NCBI GenBank assembly: GCA_964016885.1
Contig: OZ024742.1
Coordinates: 189,224,001 to 189,288,000 of the forward strand
Direction: 5' to 3'
Length of the DNA stretch: 64,000 bases
Source: Eledone cirrhosa
Lineage: Eukaryota
The notes beneath the pieces are model-generated. The model worked only from the letters and a program-made list of their open reading frames with translations, made no database searches and was not told the DNA's origin. This document shows, piece by piece, positions 42,248-57,320 of the stretch. Position 1 is the stretch's first letter, and each line of letters opens with the position of its first letter. The position numbers were made by a program, and so were the translations under genes.

Positions 42248-42650
42248 AATTGTTTCTACTTTTGGCACAATGCCAGCAATTATCCCAGTGCATTACTGGT
42301 GCTTTATTTTATCGACCCCGTAAGGATAAAAGGCAGAGTTAACCTCGGCGGGGTTTCAACTCAGACAGTAAAGGGACGTAACTTTATGCTGCACAGCAGG
42401 GCATCCTACCCTATTCCGATACTGCCAATCCACCGTCTGATTTAGGGACAAGGCCAACAATTTTTGGGGGGGGGGAGAAAAAAGTCGTAAAATTGACTCC
42501 AATGCATTACTGGTACCTTATTTTGTCGACCACGTAAGGATGAAAGTCAAAACCAACCTCGACGGGATTTGAACTCATGGTGTAAAGGGCCGGAACTCTA
42601 TGAAATAAAGCATATTGTCCGACGCTTTCCGGTTCTGCCAATCCATCTCC
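42248..42650 (-). mobile_element. Two tandem Meta-core SINEs
   Basis: Reverse complement of the SINE consensus, twice. Confidence 0.9.
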
Positions 42651-43266
42651 CTTAATAATAATTTTTACAGTTTTATTTTAATAAAAACTTTTGACTTCAA
42701 AGATATTTCGGCTAAATTATGTGATTGGCGTTAGGGTGGGGATTCAGCTGTAGGAAGCACGCCATAGCTGGAAGCTATTTGAGCGAAACATGGCCTCCGG
42801 CTCACAGCTGTCTTAACAACATTATAGACCCCCGGGAAAAGCAGAGCACTGGGGCCCCTACCTACACAACCACTCACAGGAATAAAAATACAAATGTGCC
42901 CCCTATCCTCGCGGGACTCCCGGGCAACTGCCCAGCGTGCCTATGTGTTACGGCGGCCCTGCGCCGGCTCGTTTAGGGTGACAAGTAACTCTGATTAAGT
43001 ATTGCCAACCCATACTAACAGGGAAAAGCGAGGGCAGCATGATGATGATGATGATGATGATGATAGATACGGAGGAAGCAGTGATACGTCCTACATGAGT
43101 CCAAATTTGTAAACTATTATATAAATATATACATTTCTAGCCTAGCATATTTGTTGATAAATTATGTGTGTGTGTGTGCGTGTGTGAGTGCAGGTGTATG
43201 TGTGTGCGTGTGTGAGTGCAGGTGTGTGTGAGTACATGCTTTTATATGAATGTGTATATATATATG

Positions 43267-43299
<33 letters not shown>

Positions 43300-43308
43300 C
43301 TATATATA

Positions 43309-43395
43309 TAAGGAACGATAGACTTTCGTCAAATCGGACCGAGGAAACAATGTTTCCGTTGGTATTTCCAATTGCTAGTACTATCTATCGGTCGA
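43309..43395. repeat. ~87-bp (TA)n-adjacent dispersed repeat, second copy 44464-44549
   Basis: TAAGGAACGATAGACTTTCGTCAAATCGGACCGAGGAAACAATGTTTCCGTTGG near-identical in both. Confidence 0.85.
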
Positions 43396-44115
43396 AACTC
43401 CAGCTAGAAGGAGCAACGTGAAATAAAGTGTCTTGTTCAAGGACATAACGCATCGCCCTGTCCAGGAATCGAACTCACAACTTTACGATTGCGAATCCAA
43501 TTATCTAACCACTCAGCCACACACACGCACACACATATATATATATTTCGTTCTATTTCGTTCTTACTGCTTCCTCTTTCTCTGTATCTTTACCCTCTCT
43601 AACAGTCACTCTCTCTGTTAGCCTCTTCCTCACCCTTCACTCACTCACTCTCTGTTACTACCTCTCCTCCTCCTCCTCCTCCTTCTTCCCGTTTGACCTG
43701 TGCGTAATTCTTTTCTTTCGCACGCTTGGTCAGGCAGGTCGCTTTTTTTCTCTCTCTCGTCTACGATTTCACAGAACTTATGTTCACCGAATTCACAGTC
43801 TAGATCCCTTCTTCCTCCCGTTAGACCTGTACGGAATTCTTTCCTTGCTCACATTCCTACCAGGTTTGATGGTCTTTATTCTCTCTCGTTCACGATTTCA
43901 CCGAACTTATATTCATGGAAATTTGGGACTTGACTCCTTCTTCCTCATTTTTCGTTGCTTCACCATCTTTGTTTGTTTACACTCTCGTGTCCCCTTTATG
44001 TACGTGTCCCAACGACTTTTTTTAGCCGTTGCTCGCACCAACTGGAGGTATATGGTCTTTAAAGAGATGAAATACCAATGATGGTTGGAAGATCACTGAT
44101 GAAGGACTAACTTTA

Positions 44116-44163
<48 letters not shown>

Positions 44164-44304
44164 AACGAGTAGGACCCCGACGGCTAATTCTGGACTCAGC
44201 CGGCGGGGTCCTACTCGTTCCTATTACCCACTCTACTACATTAAGTATTGAGTACTTTGGTGCGTTATGGTCCATCTGGTTCCTTACCACATTTCCTTCG
44301 TTTT

Positions 44305-44433
<129 letters not shown>

Positions 44434-44581
44434 TATATAGATATATACATATATCTATATATATAAGGAACGATAGACTTTCGTCAAATCGGACCGAGGA
44501 AACAATGTTTCCGTTGGTCTTTCCAATTGCTAGTACTATCTATCGGTCACAACGAAAACCACAGACCCTCCATCTCAACTC

Positions 44582-44621
44582 TACTTTTGAAAAGCAGAAG
44601 AACTGCGAAACCGGTAAAGGA
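44582..44621 (+). ncRNA. Type I hammerhead motif with U3-A8 core
   Basis: tactt TTGAAAA gcag-aagaa-ctgc GAAAC-CG-GTA^aagga. Confidence 0.75.
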
Positions 44622-44758
44622 ACCAAATAAATATATATATATTTTTTTTTAAATAAGACTCCAGTTGTATTTTCGATTTCATCTTTTTTTCTTTATACTT
44701 TCACTCGTGTAGGACACCTCGGTTATTTTTCATTTTGTAAAAAAACCCTCACTTTCTA

Positions 44759-44860
<102 letters not shown>

Positions 44861-45207
44861 ATATATATTAGAAAGTGTATATATATTAGAAAGTATATAT
44901 ATATACATATATATACATATATGTATATATATGCGAGCAAGTACTCATATATTGCCCCCATCAACATTAAAACTCTCTCAGATCTAACATTGATTTATAT
45001 AGTTCGAATCTAAAAACACGGCTGCAAAAAGAAAGAGGAAGAGAAACAACATATGATGAGACAGGGATTTGAAGACTAACTGACAATGGTGAAAAGTTAC
45101 TGACTGATGAGAATATAAAATGTTAAAACAAGTTGCCAGCATAAGATAAAATATCTAGAATTGTCTATCATATCGTTTATGATACACATACAAAGATTCA
45201 CTGACAT

Positions 45208-45234
<27 letters not shown>

Positions 45235-45246
<12 letters not shown>

Positions 45247-45334
45247 GTGTGTGTGTAAGTGATATAGATAATATATATATAAATATAATATAGATAGTAT
45301 AAATAATATATATAATATATATAGAGAGGCACAT

Positions 45335-45419
<85 letters not shown>

Positions 45420-45507
45420 GTGTGTTTGTATGTGATATAGATAATATATATATAAATATAATATAGATAGTATAAATAATATATATAATATATATACAGA
45501 GGCACGT

Positions 45508-45551
<44 letters not shown>

Positions 45552-45595
45552 ATATATATATAGTGTGTGTGTATGTGATATAGATATATATATAT
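45235..45595. repeat. Tandem units (2 full + 1 partial, ~145-175 bp) each containing TA and CA tracts
   Basis: GTGATATAGATAATATATATATAAATATAATATAGATAGTATAAAT...GAGGCAC repeated. Confidence 0.85.
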
Positions 45596-45601
45596 TTCTT
45601 T

Positions 45602-45650
<49 letters not shown>

Positions 45651-45950
45651 AAAACAGAAGAAAAAAAAACAACAGAAGAGTTTCGTGTGAGGGCAAAGCA
45701 CAAGGTGAAGCAGTAGAGATATAATAAATTATTGATTGGGCCATCGCTAGATTTATTGGTTTCAACGAAAGTGAGCTTCCAAAATTTGTATGCGGTAAAA
45801 CACAATGACTGCCTGTCCACATCCTACTTCATAACATGTGAGATATAGAAATATGCTCATCGAATTCATCATTTTGTCCAGAAACATACGTACACACGCT
45901 CACTTATACGCACACACACACACGCTCCCTCCATACACACACACTCACAC

Positions 45951-46000
<50 letters not shown>

Positions 46001-46076
46001 GAAAAGTTTATTAACTTCAGTAATGCAGTTTGGGACACGTACACACGTATATGTGTATATTGATGTATATATATAT

Positions 46077-46135
<59 letters not shown>

Positions 46136-46138
46136 AAA

Positions 46139-46175
<37 letters not shown>

Positions 46176-47125
46176 TGTATATGTATGTATATATATATAT
46201 ATGTATGTATATATATATATATATATGTGTATGTAAATATATATTTAGATATACACACACATATATACACTTGTGTATGTGTCTGTATGTATCTATGTAT
46301 ACACACATATACAAACATACAAACACACACACACATACATACACATACACACACACAGACTCACACACATATATATATATATGAATGTATGTATAGTAAA
46401 TTTGGCAATATACCGTATGTTTAATTCGAAACATTTAGAAGACCATACGCTATTAGTTTTAAAGTAGTGACTATGTCATTTACTCGTGTAACCCATGGTA
46501 GCGGGGAAAATGCAGTTAAACGATGATGATAATGGTGATGATGATGATATATTAAATAATAAACACATATCCTACATCAATGTATATTGGAATATTTAAG
46601 AGAAATCTAATGAAGAAGTAACTGTGGTATATGTTTTGTAATTAGAAACCTTTGATGTAAAAAAATGAAGTGTAATTACTTTTTTCTATTCCTCTATACA
46701 TGGATAGTTGTTATCAAATGATAACTATCCCTTAAATTCTGTGTGTTGATGATTATTAGTGTAGCAGCGATTTATATATCATATCAAACGTAGAATATAG
46801 CTAAGATTGTCAGTTTAATTTGCAATTCAAGCATATATGTATATGATGTATACTATGACCACACTATCTAGAAGATAGTCTGGTCATACTTGTCTGGTGA
46901 ATTAGCAGTATCGGTAGAGGGTCGGACGCCATGCTTTCTAGCATAGTTACGTCCCTTTACCGTCTTAGTTCAAATCAAATCGAGGTTCACTTTGCCTTTC
47001 TTCCTTACGCGGTCGATAAAATAAAGTACCAGTAATACACTGGGATAATTGCTGGTCTTGTGCCAAAAGTAGAAACAATTATATTATATATTGATAATAG
47101 TCACATGTAAACACATACATACGTG

Positions 47126-47193
<68 letters not shown>

Positions 47194-47234
47194 CTAAAGT
47201 CTGTCTTAAGCCATATATATATAATTGAAAAAAT

Positions 47235-47340
<106 letters not shown>

Positions 47341-47385
47341 GTGAGGTTTTTTTTTTACAAAATGAAAAATATATAATCTAAAGTC

Positions 47386-47646
47386 TGTCTTAAACCAGAA
47401 GGCTCATTTGGCCGATGCTTATCCGGGTTTCGTGGCGTGAAGCGACTGAGAGTACAAGACTCCCCCCTGGACAGGACGCCAGTCTATCGCAGTGTTAAAC
47501 ACCCAGCTATTGCTGGTACTCATTTTCAGCTGAGTATATTGGAGCAACTTGAAATGAAGTGCTTTGCTCAAGAGCACAACACGCACCCCAGGAATCGAAC
47601 CCACGACGTTATGGTCGTAAGTCCAACTCCCTTACCACTAGGCCAC
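47386..47646 (-). mobile_element. tRNA-derived SINE with CORE-like and V-like segments (5' halves also at 1620-1755, 43395-43520)
   Basis: GTGGCCTAGTGGTAAG / GGTTCGATTCC; TTGAGCAAAGCACTT; GCGATAGACTGGCGTCCTGTCCAGGG. Confidence 0.8.
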
Positions 47647-48761
47647 AATATAGGGGACACACAGGGTAACAACAATGGATAAAACAACGAGAAAACGGAC
47701 AGTCCAATTTCCTCAGTCAATTTCTGGAAACCATAAGCCACAGTAAATGACTGGCCCAAGCTGTCATAAATTGGGATCGAACCCATGTCAGCTAATGTTC
47801 TAGATCTATTTGAACGTCAAAGCCTACTATCGTTATGTTGCAATCGTATTCCACTATAAATCAGTTCTCTATCATCCCTTTTCCTTTATGAAAATATCAC
47901 ACACTTCTACAATTGTAAATACTCTTCAATGATAGCTTACTTATTAGTCTCAACTTCACCAATGTAACACCGCTTAGTTCTGATTTTCTTCTGGGGTGTG
48001 TTTGAGATACCCTAGAAATGTTTACAAAAATATATCCTTTAACATATCATGTGTCACAAACTCTTTGAATACACCATCCTCGAAATTCTTTATAAATTAT
48101 GTGGCAACACTACAGGGTAAAATCATGATTCCCGACATCCGGAGGAAATTACCAACTGACAGTCAATGAAGAAGCATTCTTTTGTAAATACATTTTATGA
48201 AACGTCTAAAAATATAAAAATTGCATCTGCGCAATTAAACCTGATTTTTTACTAAAAGAATATCCGGTAAATTTGTGGGTTTTTTTTTTTTTTTACTTCA
48301 ACAAAATGCCGATTGGCAAATGTTACTGTGCGAAAACATACATGTAAGCATTTGAATATATTTTATAAATAAGTGCTACCCAATTTACATCTATCTCCCT
48401 TTGCTATTATGCACAAAAGATTCATTTCTGACAAATTTCACCTCGATGATCTCACTGCTACCAAATACAACAATTTCCGCCTCCAAAACTCAAACAGTAT
48501 CCACCATTACTAATTTGGCTCTCTTTATCAAACATGGAAAACTATGTTATTCTTGATTCTTGTTATGTGACCATACTTTTAAGAAAAGGAATCACATGAT
48601 CATTTCCTTCAAGTTCTAACAATATCTAGTATCGCTTACTGCCAACATTTATATACTGGATGATACGATCGTAAATGTTCGACTGATTAACAACATAGAC
48701 AGTCTTTTTGTTACGTCAGAGGGTACTTGCAGAGTTTCCACAAGGACAGCTCACATACACA

Positions 48762-48843
<82 letters not shown>

Positions 48844-48942
48844 TATATATATATATATATATGCATATACATATATATATATTATATATATATACATACA
48901 TTCATATATATATATATATACAGTATATATATATATATACAG

Positions 48943-48975
<33 letters not shown>

Positions 48976-49006
48976 GTATATATGTATATATGTATATGTA
49001 TATATG

Positions 49007-49066
<60 letters not shown>

Positions 49067-49086
49067 GTATATATATATATATATAA

Positions 49087-49166
<80 letters not shown>

Positions 49167-50141
49167 ATACGTTGGCTGGATAACAATTCCCCGCTCGTTC
49201 CCAAATTAGTAAAACCCGGAAAGTTATGTCATTGAAAGAATGATCATCCATTTTTTTTTAACCCTTTCCAACGTAAAAATTGTAAGTTGTCTAGCATTGA
49301 AATATCAATGGCGACTTGAACGGTATGAAACGGAACAGGTTTTTATTTATATTGTGCACGATTCTATACAACTTTATTAGTTTTTCGAATATTTCATGCA
49401 TTATTTTTATATCCGTATCAAATCTGAGAGATTACAGATGAACAGATACTAATGCTATTTTTGGTACTATCTGATTGTTATAGAATCGCGTCTTCGTACT
49501 TGTATCTCTCGGTATATTCTCTAGTGAGCTAAAATTGTTCACAATTATAGGCTTGATTGACTTTCGAATTCAAATTGATATAGATCTAGTAACCAAGAAG
49601 ATCCACAAGCTTATCTCTAAGCTACAAAGTATTATAATGTAGACTGACATTATCAGGGATATGAAATGAAGACTTGGATCCACTGATTAATACTAAACAT
49701 TAGTTTCATTGCCAGAAAGAAGAGGGTGAACGAAAATGGGATGGAATGGACCTTCGTTTCTTCTAACAACGTGTGTCCCAGTTGTTTTATCAATGGGACA
49801 GTCTGACCCTGATTTGAACGCGAAAATAAGAGGTGTGGGTTCGATTTCCTCGCGTGCTGATACCCTTTTTTCCGTTAAGGGTGTTTACACACTCCGTACT
49901 ATTCAGTATACATACTCTGCATCGCACCCTACCCAAATTTGTAGTTTTCATGCTCTTTGTACAGCAGACACGGCATATATATATATATAGGTGAATCAAT
50001 GGTAAACATTGAGGACCGAATGAATTAACTGTGGAGATATAAAAGATACAGAAGCGAAAACCAACCAAACAGTGAGTGTGTTCTGTTATTATTTCTGGCA
50101 ATATTATTACAACAATATGACCCTCCCCAAGTATATATATA

Positions 50142-50960
50142 TATACAAATATAAATTTAGCGAGAATCGCATTTCGGCGGGTAGAAATTAGCGAAACGCA
50201 ACTTCCGTGTTGGGTAGACAAGCGCTCCATGGATATGAAGAAGATACCAGAGCTATAAACATAAGTTAAAAAGGTCATACAAACTGAGACGATAGTTAAG
50301 AAGCCATTAACCACCAGAGCCAAAAAAGCGAACAAGCTAAACGGGTCAAACAAACAAACAAAATAAGATATTCCTCGGGGAAGATGGAATACTCCGATAT
50401 TGGGTTTCTGCAACACCTAAATCAATAATACTGTCTTATTATAAAAAATAAGCTTTTGGTATAATGATCGAACGAGGCATCGCTTTCTCAACAGGCTTTT
50501 TGTTCTTCGTGCGCCAGGATCTCACAGCGTATGAAAGCACATGTGCGGTTCTAAGGGGAGAAAACCCCTATTTTGGCCATTGAATTCAGCATGTGTAGTT
50601 ATTTCAAAAATTTGTAAAAGTAGCACAAAACGAATTAAGCTCTCCACCGAGTTTAAAATAAACTTAAGCGATTAATCAGTCAATAGAATTAACTAAAAAG
50701 CCAAAAAAGTTAACTGGTTAATCGCTTGGCTTGGGAGATTAATACAAATATAAATTTAAAGAGAATGGCATTTCGGCGGGTAGAAATTAGCGAAACGCAA
50801 CTTCCGTGTTGGGTAGACAAGCACTCCATGGATATGAAGATACCAGAGCTATAAACATAAGTTAAAAAGGTCATACAAACTGAGACGATGGTTAAGAAGC
50901 CATTAACCACCAGAGCCAAAAAAGCGAACAAGCTAAACGGGTCAAACAAAATAAGATATG
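50142..50960. repeat. ~210-bp direct repeat pair (50142-50370, 50742-50959)
   Basis: Near-identical ATACAAATATAAATTTA...GCTAAACGGGTCAAACAAA, ~600-bp spacing. Confidence 0.9.
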
Positions 50961-51114
50961 ATTGAAATAGTTATATATATATAAGAATCTTTAAAAAAAT
51001 CTCCCCCACCGAAGTTAACAAAGAACTTACTAGATATATCAAACCAAATTGTAAAGTTATATTATAAAATTAAATTAAATTGTTTCGAACTACAAGTGAA
51101 ATCAATCTTTTCAT

Positions 51115-51149
<35 letters not shown>

Positions 51150-51325
51150 AATATTGATTAATACGTACAGTAATTAATCGCATTGTCTGACAAAGGAAGG
51201 TATAGGTTAATCAAAATGCAACAGGTAGTCACTATTAGAACCTAAAGTCATCTCTACTAATATATATTTTAAAATGTCATTAAGAGCAGTAACACATGCA
51301 TACACACACACACACACACACACAC

Positions 51326-51374
<49 letters not shown>

Positions 51375-51539
51375 CATAAATGGCAGGTTTCTAAGCAGTT
51401 TCCATCTGCCCAATTGTACCCACAAAGCATGGGTTGACTCGGGCTGGGTTAAATGACACTTTCCCAAACTGCTACGAAATGAGATCGAACTCGAGGTAGT
51501 GAACGAACATCTTATCCATTCGACTATGTTTGTTATCTT

Positions 51540-52036
<497 letters not shown>

Positions 52037-52040
52037 TGTA

Positions 52041-52183
<143 letters not shown>

Positions 52184-52223
52184 TAATTCAAAATATTAAT
52201 AAATATAGACATTCATGTGATCA

Positions 52224-52297
52224 AATATATTTTATTATATATATTTCAGAGGTACTGTGCTGTTTCCTCAGTACGTCCTCATCAGATAAAATAAATT
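52224..52297 (-). ncRNA. Type I hammerhead motif inside element 52180-52470
   Basis: Minus strand tattttat CTGATGA ggacgtactg...cagtacctct GAAAT-ATAT-ATA ataaaata; related to the 15540 and 6787 motifs. Confidence 0.8.
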
Positions 52298-52471
52298 GAT
52301 CTCTGACATACCTCAACTGTGCTGATGGTTCAATTCCAGTCTTGCTAAGACTGGAATTTATTTTTGAATTAATATTAATAACTCCAGAAAACTTCTTTGT
52401 TGAGTGCTTCTAATCTATTGTAAAACTATATTCATTAATTAATCAATGAACCTTGTTTAACTTTTGGTTAT

Positions 52472-52525
<54 letters not shown>

Positions 52526-52555
52526 AGATCAAAAGATGGTTAAAGGAGTTCCATG

Positions 52556-52626
52556 CATTTTATTATGCGCATTTCAAAAACAAACATCATCATGCAATAA
52601 TATTTGTGTTTTCATCAGATGAAACA
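52556..52626 (-). ncRNA. Type I hammerhead motif inside element 52520-52683
   Basis: Minus strand gtttcat CTGATGA aaacacaaatattatt-gcat-gatgatgtttgttttt GAAAT-GCGC-ATA ataaaat. Confidence 0.8.
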
Positions 52627-52679
52627 GGAGAACATGATATGAAGGCTAAAAAACACTTGTGGATAGTGCAGTTTTAAAT

Positions 52680-52744
<65 letters not shown>

Positions 52745-52751
<7 letters not shown>

Positions 52752-53038
52752 GTGAGTTTTTTTTTACAAAATGAAAAATAACCGAGGTGTCCTACCCGAG
52801 TGAAAGTATAAAGAAAAAAAGATGAAATCGAAAATGCAACTGGAGTCTCATTTTTAAAATATATATATATATTCATTTGGTTCCTTTACTGGTTTCGCAG
52901 TTCTTCTGATTTTCAAAAGTAGAGTTGAGATGGAGGGTCTGTGGTTTTGAAAAGCAGAACTGCGAAACCGGTAAAGGAACCAAATAAATATATATATTTT
53001 TTTTAAGACTCCAGTTGCATTTTCGATTTCATCTTTTT

Positions 53039-53045
<7 letters not shown>
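52745..53045. mobile_element. Fold-back element of the U3-A8 hammerhead family
   Basis: Arms ~52811-52918 / 52945-53042; TTTTGAAAAGCAG-AA-CTGCGAAACCGGTA in the + arm. Confidence 0.88.
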
Positions 53046-53117
<72 letters not shown>

Positions 53118-53124
<7 letters not shown>

Positions 53125-53562
53125 ATACTTTGGGAGGGTCATGTTGCCAATAAGAAACACACGCACCAGTTGCTTTCACTTCAATTTAATTTATTATATA
53201 TTTATAAATTTACAAATTTACAAATCCTACGCCATTTTGTTTGTCAAACAAAATGGCGTAGGATAGAAGAAAGGAAAGGCACAGAAACGAAGAAAGAAAT
53301 CCCCAGTCACTGAAGAGGTCACAGAGTGTGTGACGAAAGAACTATGACTATATATATATAAACAACTATCTGGTTGTGGAACCAACCAACCAACCAGAAA
53401 TTTATAAATTTGTAAATTTATAAATATATAATAAATTAAATTGAAGTGAAAGCAACTGGTGCGTGTGTTTCTTATTGGCAACATGACCCTCCCAAAGTAT
53501 AACAATATCGGTTTCAACACACGATTTCAGATAAAGAATCTTGCTAAACAAATTCAGAAACG

Positions 53563-53565
<3 letters not shown>
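53118..53565 (+). mobile_element. Fold-back element: ~105-bp inverted arm, 20-bp snap-back hairpin, hammerhead, tail
   Basis: 53118-53225 vs 53400-53507 inverted; ATCCTACGCCATTTTGTTTG-T-CAAACAAAATGGCGTAGGAT at 53224-53264. Confidence 0.9.
53305..53349 (+). ncRNA. Minimal type I hammerhead ribozyme
   Basis: agtca CTGAAGA g gtcaca-gagtg-tgtgac GAAAG-AA-CTA^tgact; perfect helices I and II. Confidence 0.9.
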
Positions 53566-53620
<55 letters not shown>

Positions 53621-53897
53621 TTCTTTCAGCAGTATTGTCTGCTATAGATTTGCCTCCAAACAACCTTGGCTACAGTCCTAACTTGGTCTACTCTATATTT
53701 CACATAGTTTAACATGGATCTGATCGATGTTTAGCAACAACAACACAAAATAAAACAAAAAAAAAGAACAACGCCTTCTCTGTTATACTCGCTGCACAGA
53801 CATTTCTTGTCATCTCTCAATAATGTCTACGATAAAATCAAGTCATAGAATTTTAGCTACCTATATTTTAATACCTTCCAGCATTAGACAATAATAA

Positions 53898-54348
53898 TAA
53901 TTGTTTCTATTTTAGGCACAAGGCCAGCAATATATAATATAATATAATTGTTTCTACTTTTGACACAAGGCCAGCAATTAACCAGTGCATTACTGGTACT
54001 TTATTTTATCGACCCCGTAAGGATGAAAGGCAAAGTTAACCTCGGCAGAATTTGAACTCAGATCATAAAGGGACGTAACTCTATGCTTCAAAGCATGGTG
54101 TCCGACTCTCTACCGATACTGCCAATCCACCGATAATAATAATGATTTCTTGTATAAGCACAAGGGCAGTAATTTGGTGGGAGGAGAAACTCGATTAAAT
54201 CTACCCCAGTGCATTACTGGTACTTTATTTTATCGACCCAGTAAGGATGAAAGGCAAAGTTAACTTCGGCGGGATTTGAACTCAGAACGTAAAGGGACAT
54301 AACTCTATGCTGCAAAGCATGGTGTCTGACGTTCTACTAATCCTGCTA
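53898..54348 (-). mobile_element. Cluster of Meta-core SINEs in (TAA)n
   Basis: One 3' stub plus two near-full copies; a similar cluster of three lies at 55880-56522. Confidence 0.9.
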
Positions 54349-56308
54349 AATTTCTTTATTAGCCACAAATGGCTGACAAGAAGAAAACATTAAAGACGGC
54401 AGGGTATAATACGATGTGGGCTTTTCTTGTAAAAATTCAGATAACCCCATTAGTGAGAAATCCTAAGGTTACTCTATGAGAAAAGCCACAAACCCCATGG
54501 CCACACTGACGACTAAAGAAAGTACCCACTCCCAGATCTCCTACTCGATTTACAGGTGCGTAATCAGATCAGATCCATTTACTCTCATCCAACTTTCAAC
54601 AAACTTGTTGGAAGGCAACACTTCCCTCTCCACTCTGATTTCCACTTCAAGTCAAACTTGAAAAGGTTAATGAGGACCTCATCGAAGAGAGAACATCCTG
54701 TCACCACCATTTTAAAATAAGCAGCTTAGTATTATAGAACCAGGGTTGGTTTTAGGGACTTTTATGTCGATTGTTTAACATTCTCAAATATACACAATAA
54801 GCAAGCTCCAATAAACGAATTAAAACGTTTTTCCCCTCCCCTAAGATGTATAAATAAAAGACCAAGGGATCGTAAGCTGGGTTGTATATTTTTGATATGG
54901 TGCAACTTGGCTGTCTTCAGTGGAGTCAGAGAGTTTTGGAAATAAATCGGTTTGTTTACGAACACTTATGATCTCTTTATTGCAGACCAATCATCATCAC
55001 CATCATCGTCATCGTTTGGCTGCTACGAAGACAGCTACAGTTTCCTTCTCTCACATGTCTGACACGATATCTTCTTTCTTCCTTCTTGAGCCTGACACGA
55101 TATCCTCTGATCCTACCAACTGTGTTTGGATCTAGATACTAGTCTCTTCGGTAAGAGAGGCGGCAATTAATTTTTCCCCTCAAGGTATTTTGACCACATT
55201 GCGTATTTTTGCAGTGTCCCGGCTTCTTGAAGCATCAATATGCGACGCAGTAATCTGAGGTGTTATGTAAGCACGGAATGAAAGAAAGGTTATGTTCCTG
55301 TCCTTTTGTATAAATCAATATTAGACTTTACAAAGGGAAGGTTAGCCATTAAATTTCTCATTATATTCGCTACTACTGTTATAGCACAACATAGATAACA
55401 AGTTCTTAGCTCACGACTAAATCAATGGAAAATGGCTGATATCACATTAGCAGCGACTTGGCAGAGTCGTTAGACCGCCGAATCATACGCCTCGGTATTT
55501 GTTCTGGCTTCCTTCGATTTGGGTTCAAATCTCACCGAGGTCAATGTTGTCGTTCATTCTTTCGGGGTCGATAAATAAATAACCAATCTAGGACGGAATA
55601 CGTAGAGTAAATATATAGCTGCGGTATTATGTCTTTTCCTGATGCTTTAATGCAGTATATGAATGCAGTAAGTAAAATTATTCAGCGTTCATAGCCCATT
55701 TATATAAGTTTAGTACTGCACCACGTGCTGGCCACTGATTGGATCAATTCAAAACAAACGAGCGAGTTGAGGAGAAAAAAGACAAACAAACAAATTAAAA
55801 GTGAACAGACCAATGGATAGTAAAACCCATCAGGACTTATTTATAGTTTGACAGCAAATCATACACTGAGCAAACAATAATAATGATTTCTAAGTTAAGC
55901 TCAAGGCCTGCAAAGTGGAAGAAGAGGAAATAGAATTATATCGACCCAATACATAACTGGTACCTATATTTTATCGAATCCGGAAAGATGATAGGCAAAG
56001 TAGACCTCGGCAGGACTTAATATAAGGATGTACGTAAAGACCCGGAATAAATGCGGAAAATCACTTTTTCCCGACGCTCTAACGATTCGGCGAATAAACC
56101 ACTCTTATATAATGATAATAATGATGATGATGATGGTTTCTGATTTAGGCACAAGGCCAGCAATTTTGGGGAACGGGAAATTCGATTAAATCGACCCAGT
56201 GCATGACTGGTACTTTATTTTATCGAATCCGTAAGGATGAAATGTAACGCTAACCTCGGCGGGATTTGAAATAAGAACGGAAAGAGCCGTAACTCTATGC
56301 CACGAAGC

Positions 56309-56341
<33 letters not shown>

Positions 56342-56535
56342 TGTTTCTACTTTTGGCACAAGGCCAGCAACATACCCAGTACATTACTGGTACTTTATTT
56401 TATCGACCCTGTAAGGATGAAAGGCAAAGTTAACCTCGACGGGATTTGAACTCAGACCGTAAAGGGACGTAACTGTGCTGGAAAGCATGGCGTATAACCC
56501 TCTACCGATACTGCCAATTCACCTAATAATAATAA

Positions 56536-57320
56536 GACATGGAACTGGTTAAAAATAGGAGACCTTAAAAAAGCTACAGAAGGAATGCTAATGGCTGCGC
56601 AAGTGCAAGCCCTCAGAACGAAGTGGGTGAAACACCATATTTACAAGGAGGAGGCTAGCTCACTGTGTAGGATTTGTGGAGAGAGAGAGAGGGGAGACTG
56701 TGGCTCACATTGTATCCGAGTGTAAACACCTAGCCCAGACTCACTATAAATGCTGGAGACATGATGTGATAGGCAGGGTGATCCACTGGCACCTATGCAA
56801 AGTAAACAATTTACCACATTCTGAGAAGTGGGATGAGCATAAGCCAGAGGCGGTGATAGAAAACGATCAGGTGAAGGTGCTGTGGGATTTTAGGATACAG
56901 ACGGACAAGAAACTGGAACACAATAGACCTGACCTGGTGGTTGTGGACAAAGAAAAAAGATCGTGCCTGATTGTGGATGTGGCCTGCCCATTCGACACGA
57001 GAGTGCAAGAAAAGGAGAGGGAGAAAATTAACCGATACCAGGATTTAAAGTGGGAGTTTAAAAGAATTTGGAACTCCCATGAAATCAAGGTCGTCCCGAT
57101 TGTCATAGGCGCACTAGGTACTATCTCAAAGAGTTTCCAAGGATGGTTAAAGAAGATTAGTCCAGCCCCACTTTTTGGAACACTTCAAAAGTCATGCTTG
57201 CTGGGAACAGCAAGAAGCCTCCGATACGTCCTGAATATCTGGGGCTGCATGTAGCGGCTTGATATTCATTTCAACAAACTTTCCAGTTAAATAACATCAA
57301 TGACTGAGACTCAGAGAACA
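56536..57320 (+). pseudogene. Dong/R4-clade LINE 3' end inserted in (TAA)n
   Basis: WNWLKIGDLKKATEGMLMAAQ, CRICG, ETVAHIVSEC, RHD, WDFRIQTD..HNRPDLVV, IVDVACP, PIVIGALG. TAA repeats on both sides; frameshift in a GA run ~56685. Confidence 0.93.

Noticed and set aside
45095-45140. CTGATGA-gaatat/atgtt-AAAACAAGTT hammerhead-like motif
   Set aside because: GAAA is replaced by AAAA and helix I does not pair; at best a decayed copy.
47580-47646. tRNA gene
   Set aside because: tRNA-like SINE head continuing into a SINE body; no acceptor stem or poly-T terminator.
47830-48700. Possible very old LINE RT remnant
   Set aside because: Only faint motif resemblance; too decayed to support without an HMM search.
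49790-50416. 208-aa hydrophobic ORF
   Set aside because: Starts at a non-ATG codon, overlaps a direct repeat and TA tracts, and has no recognisable domain.
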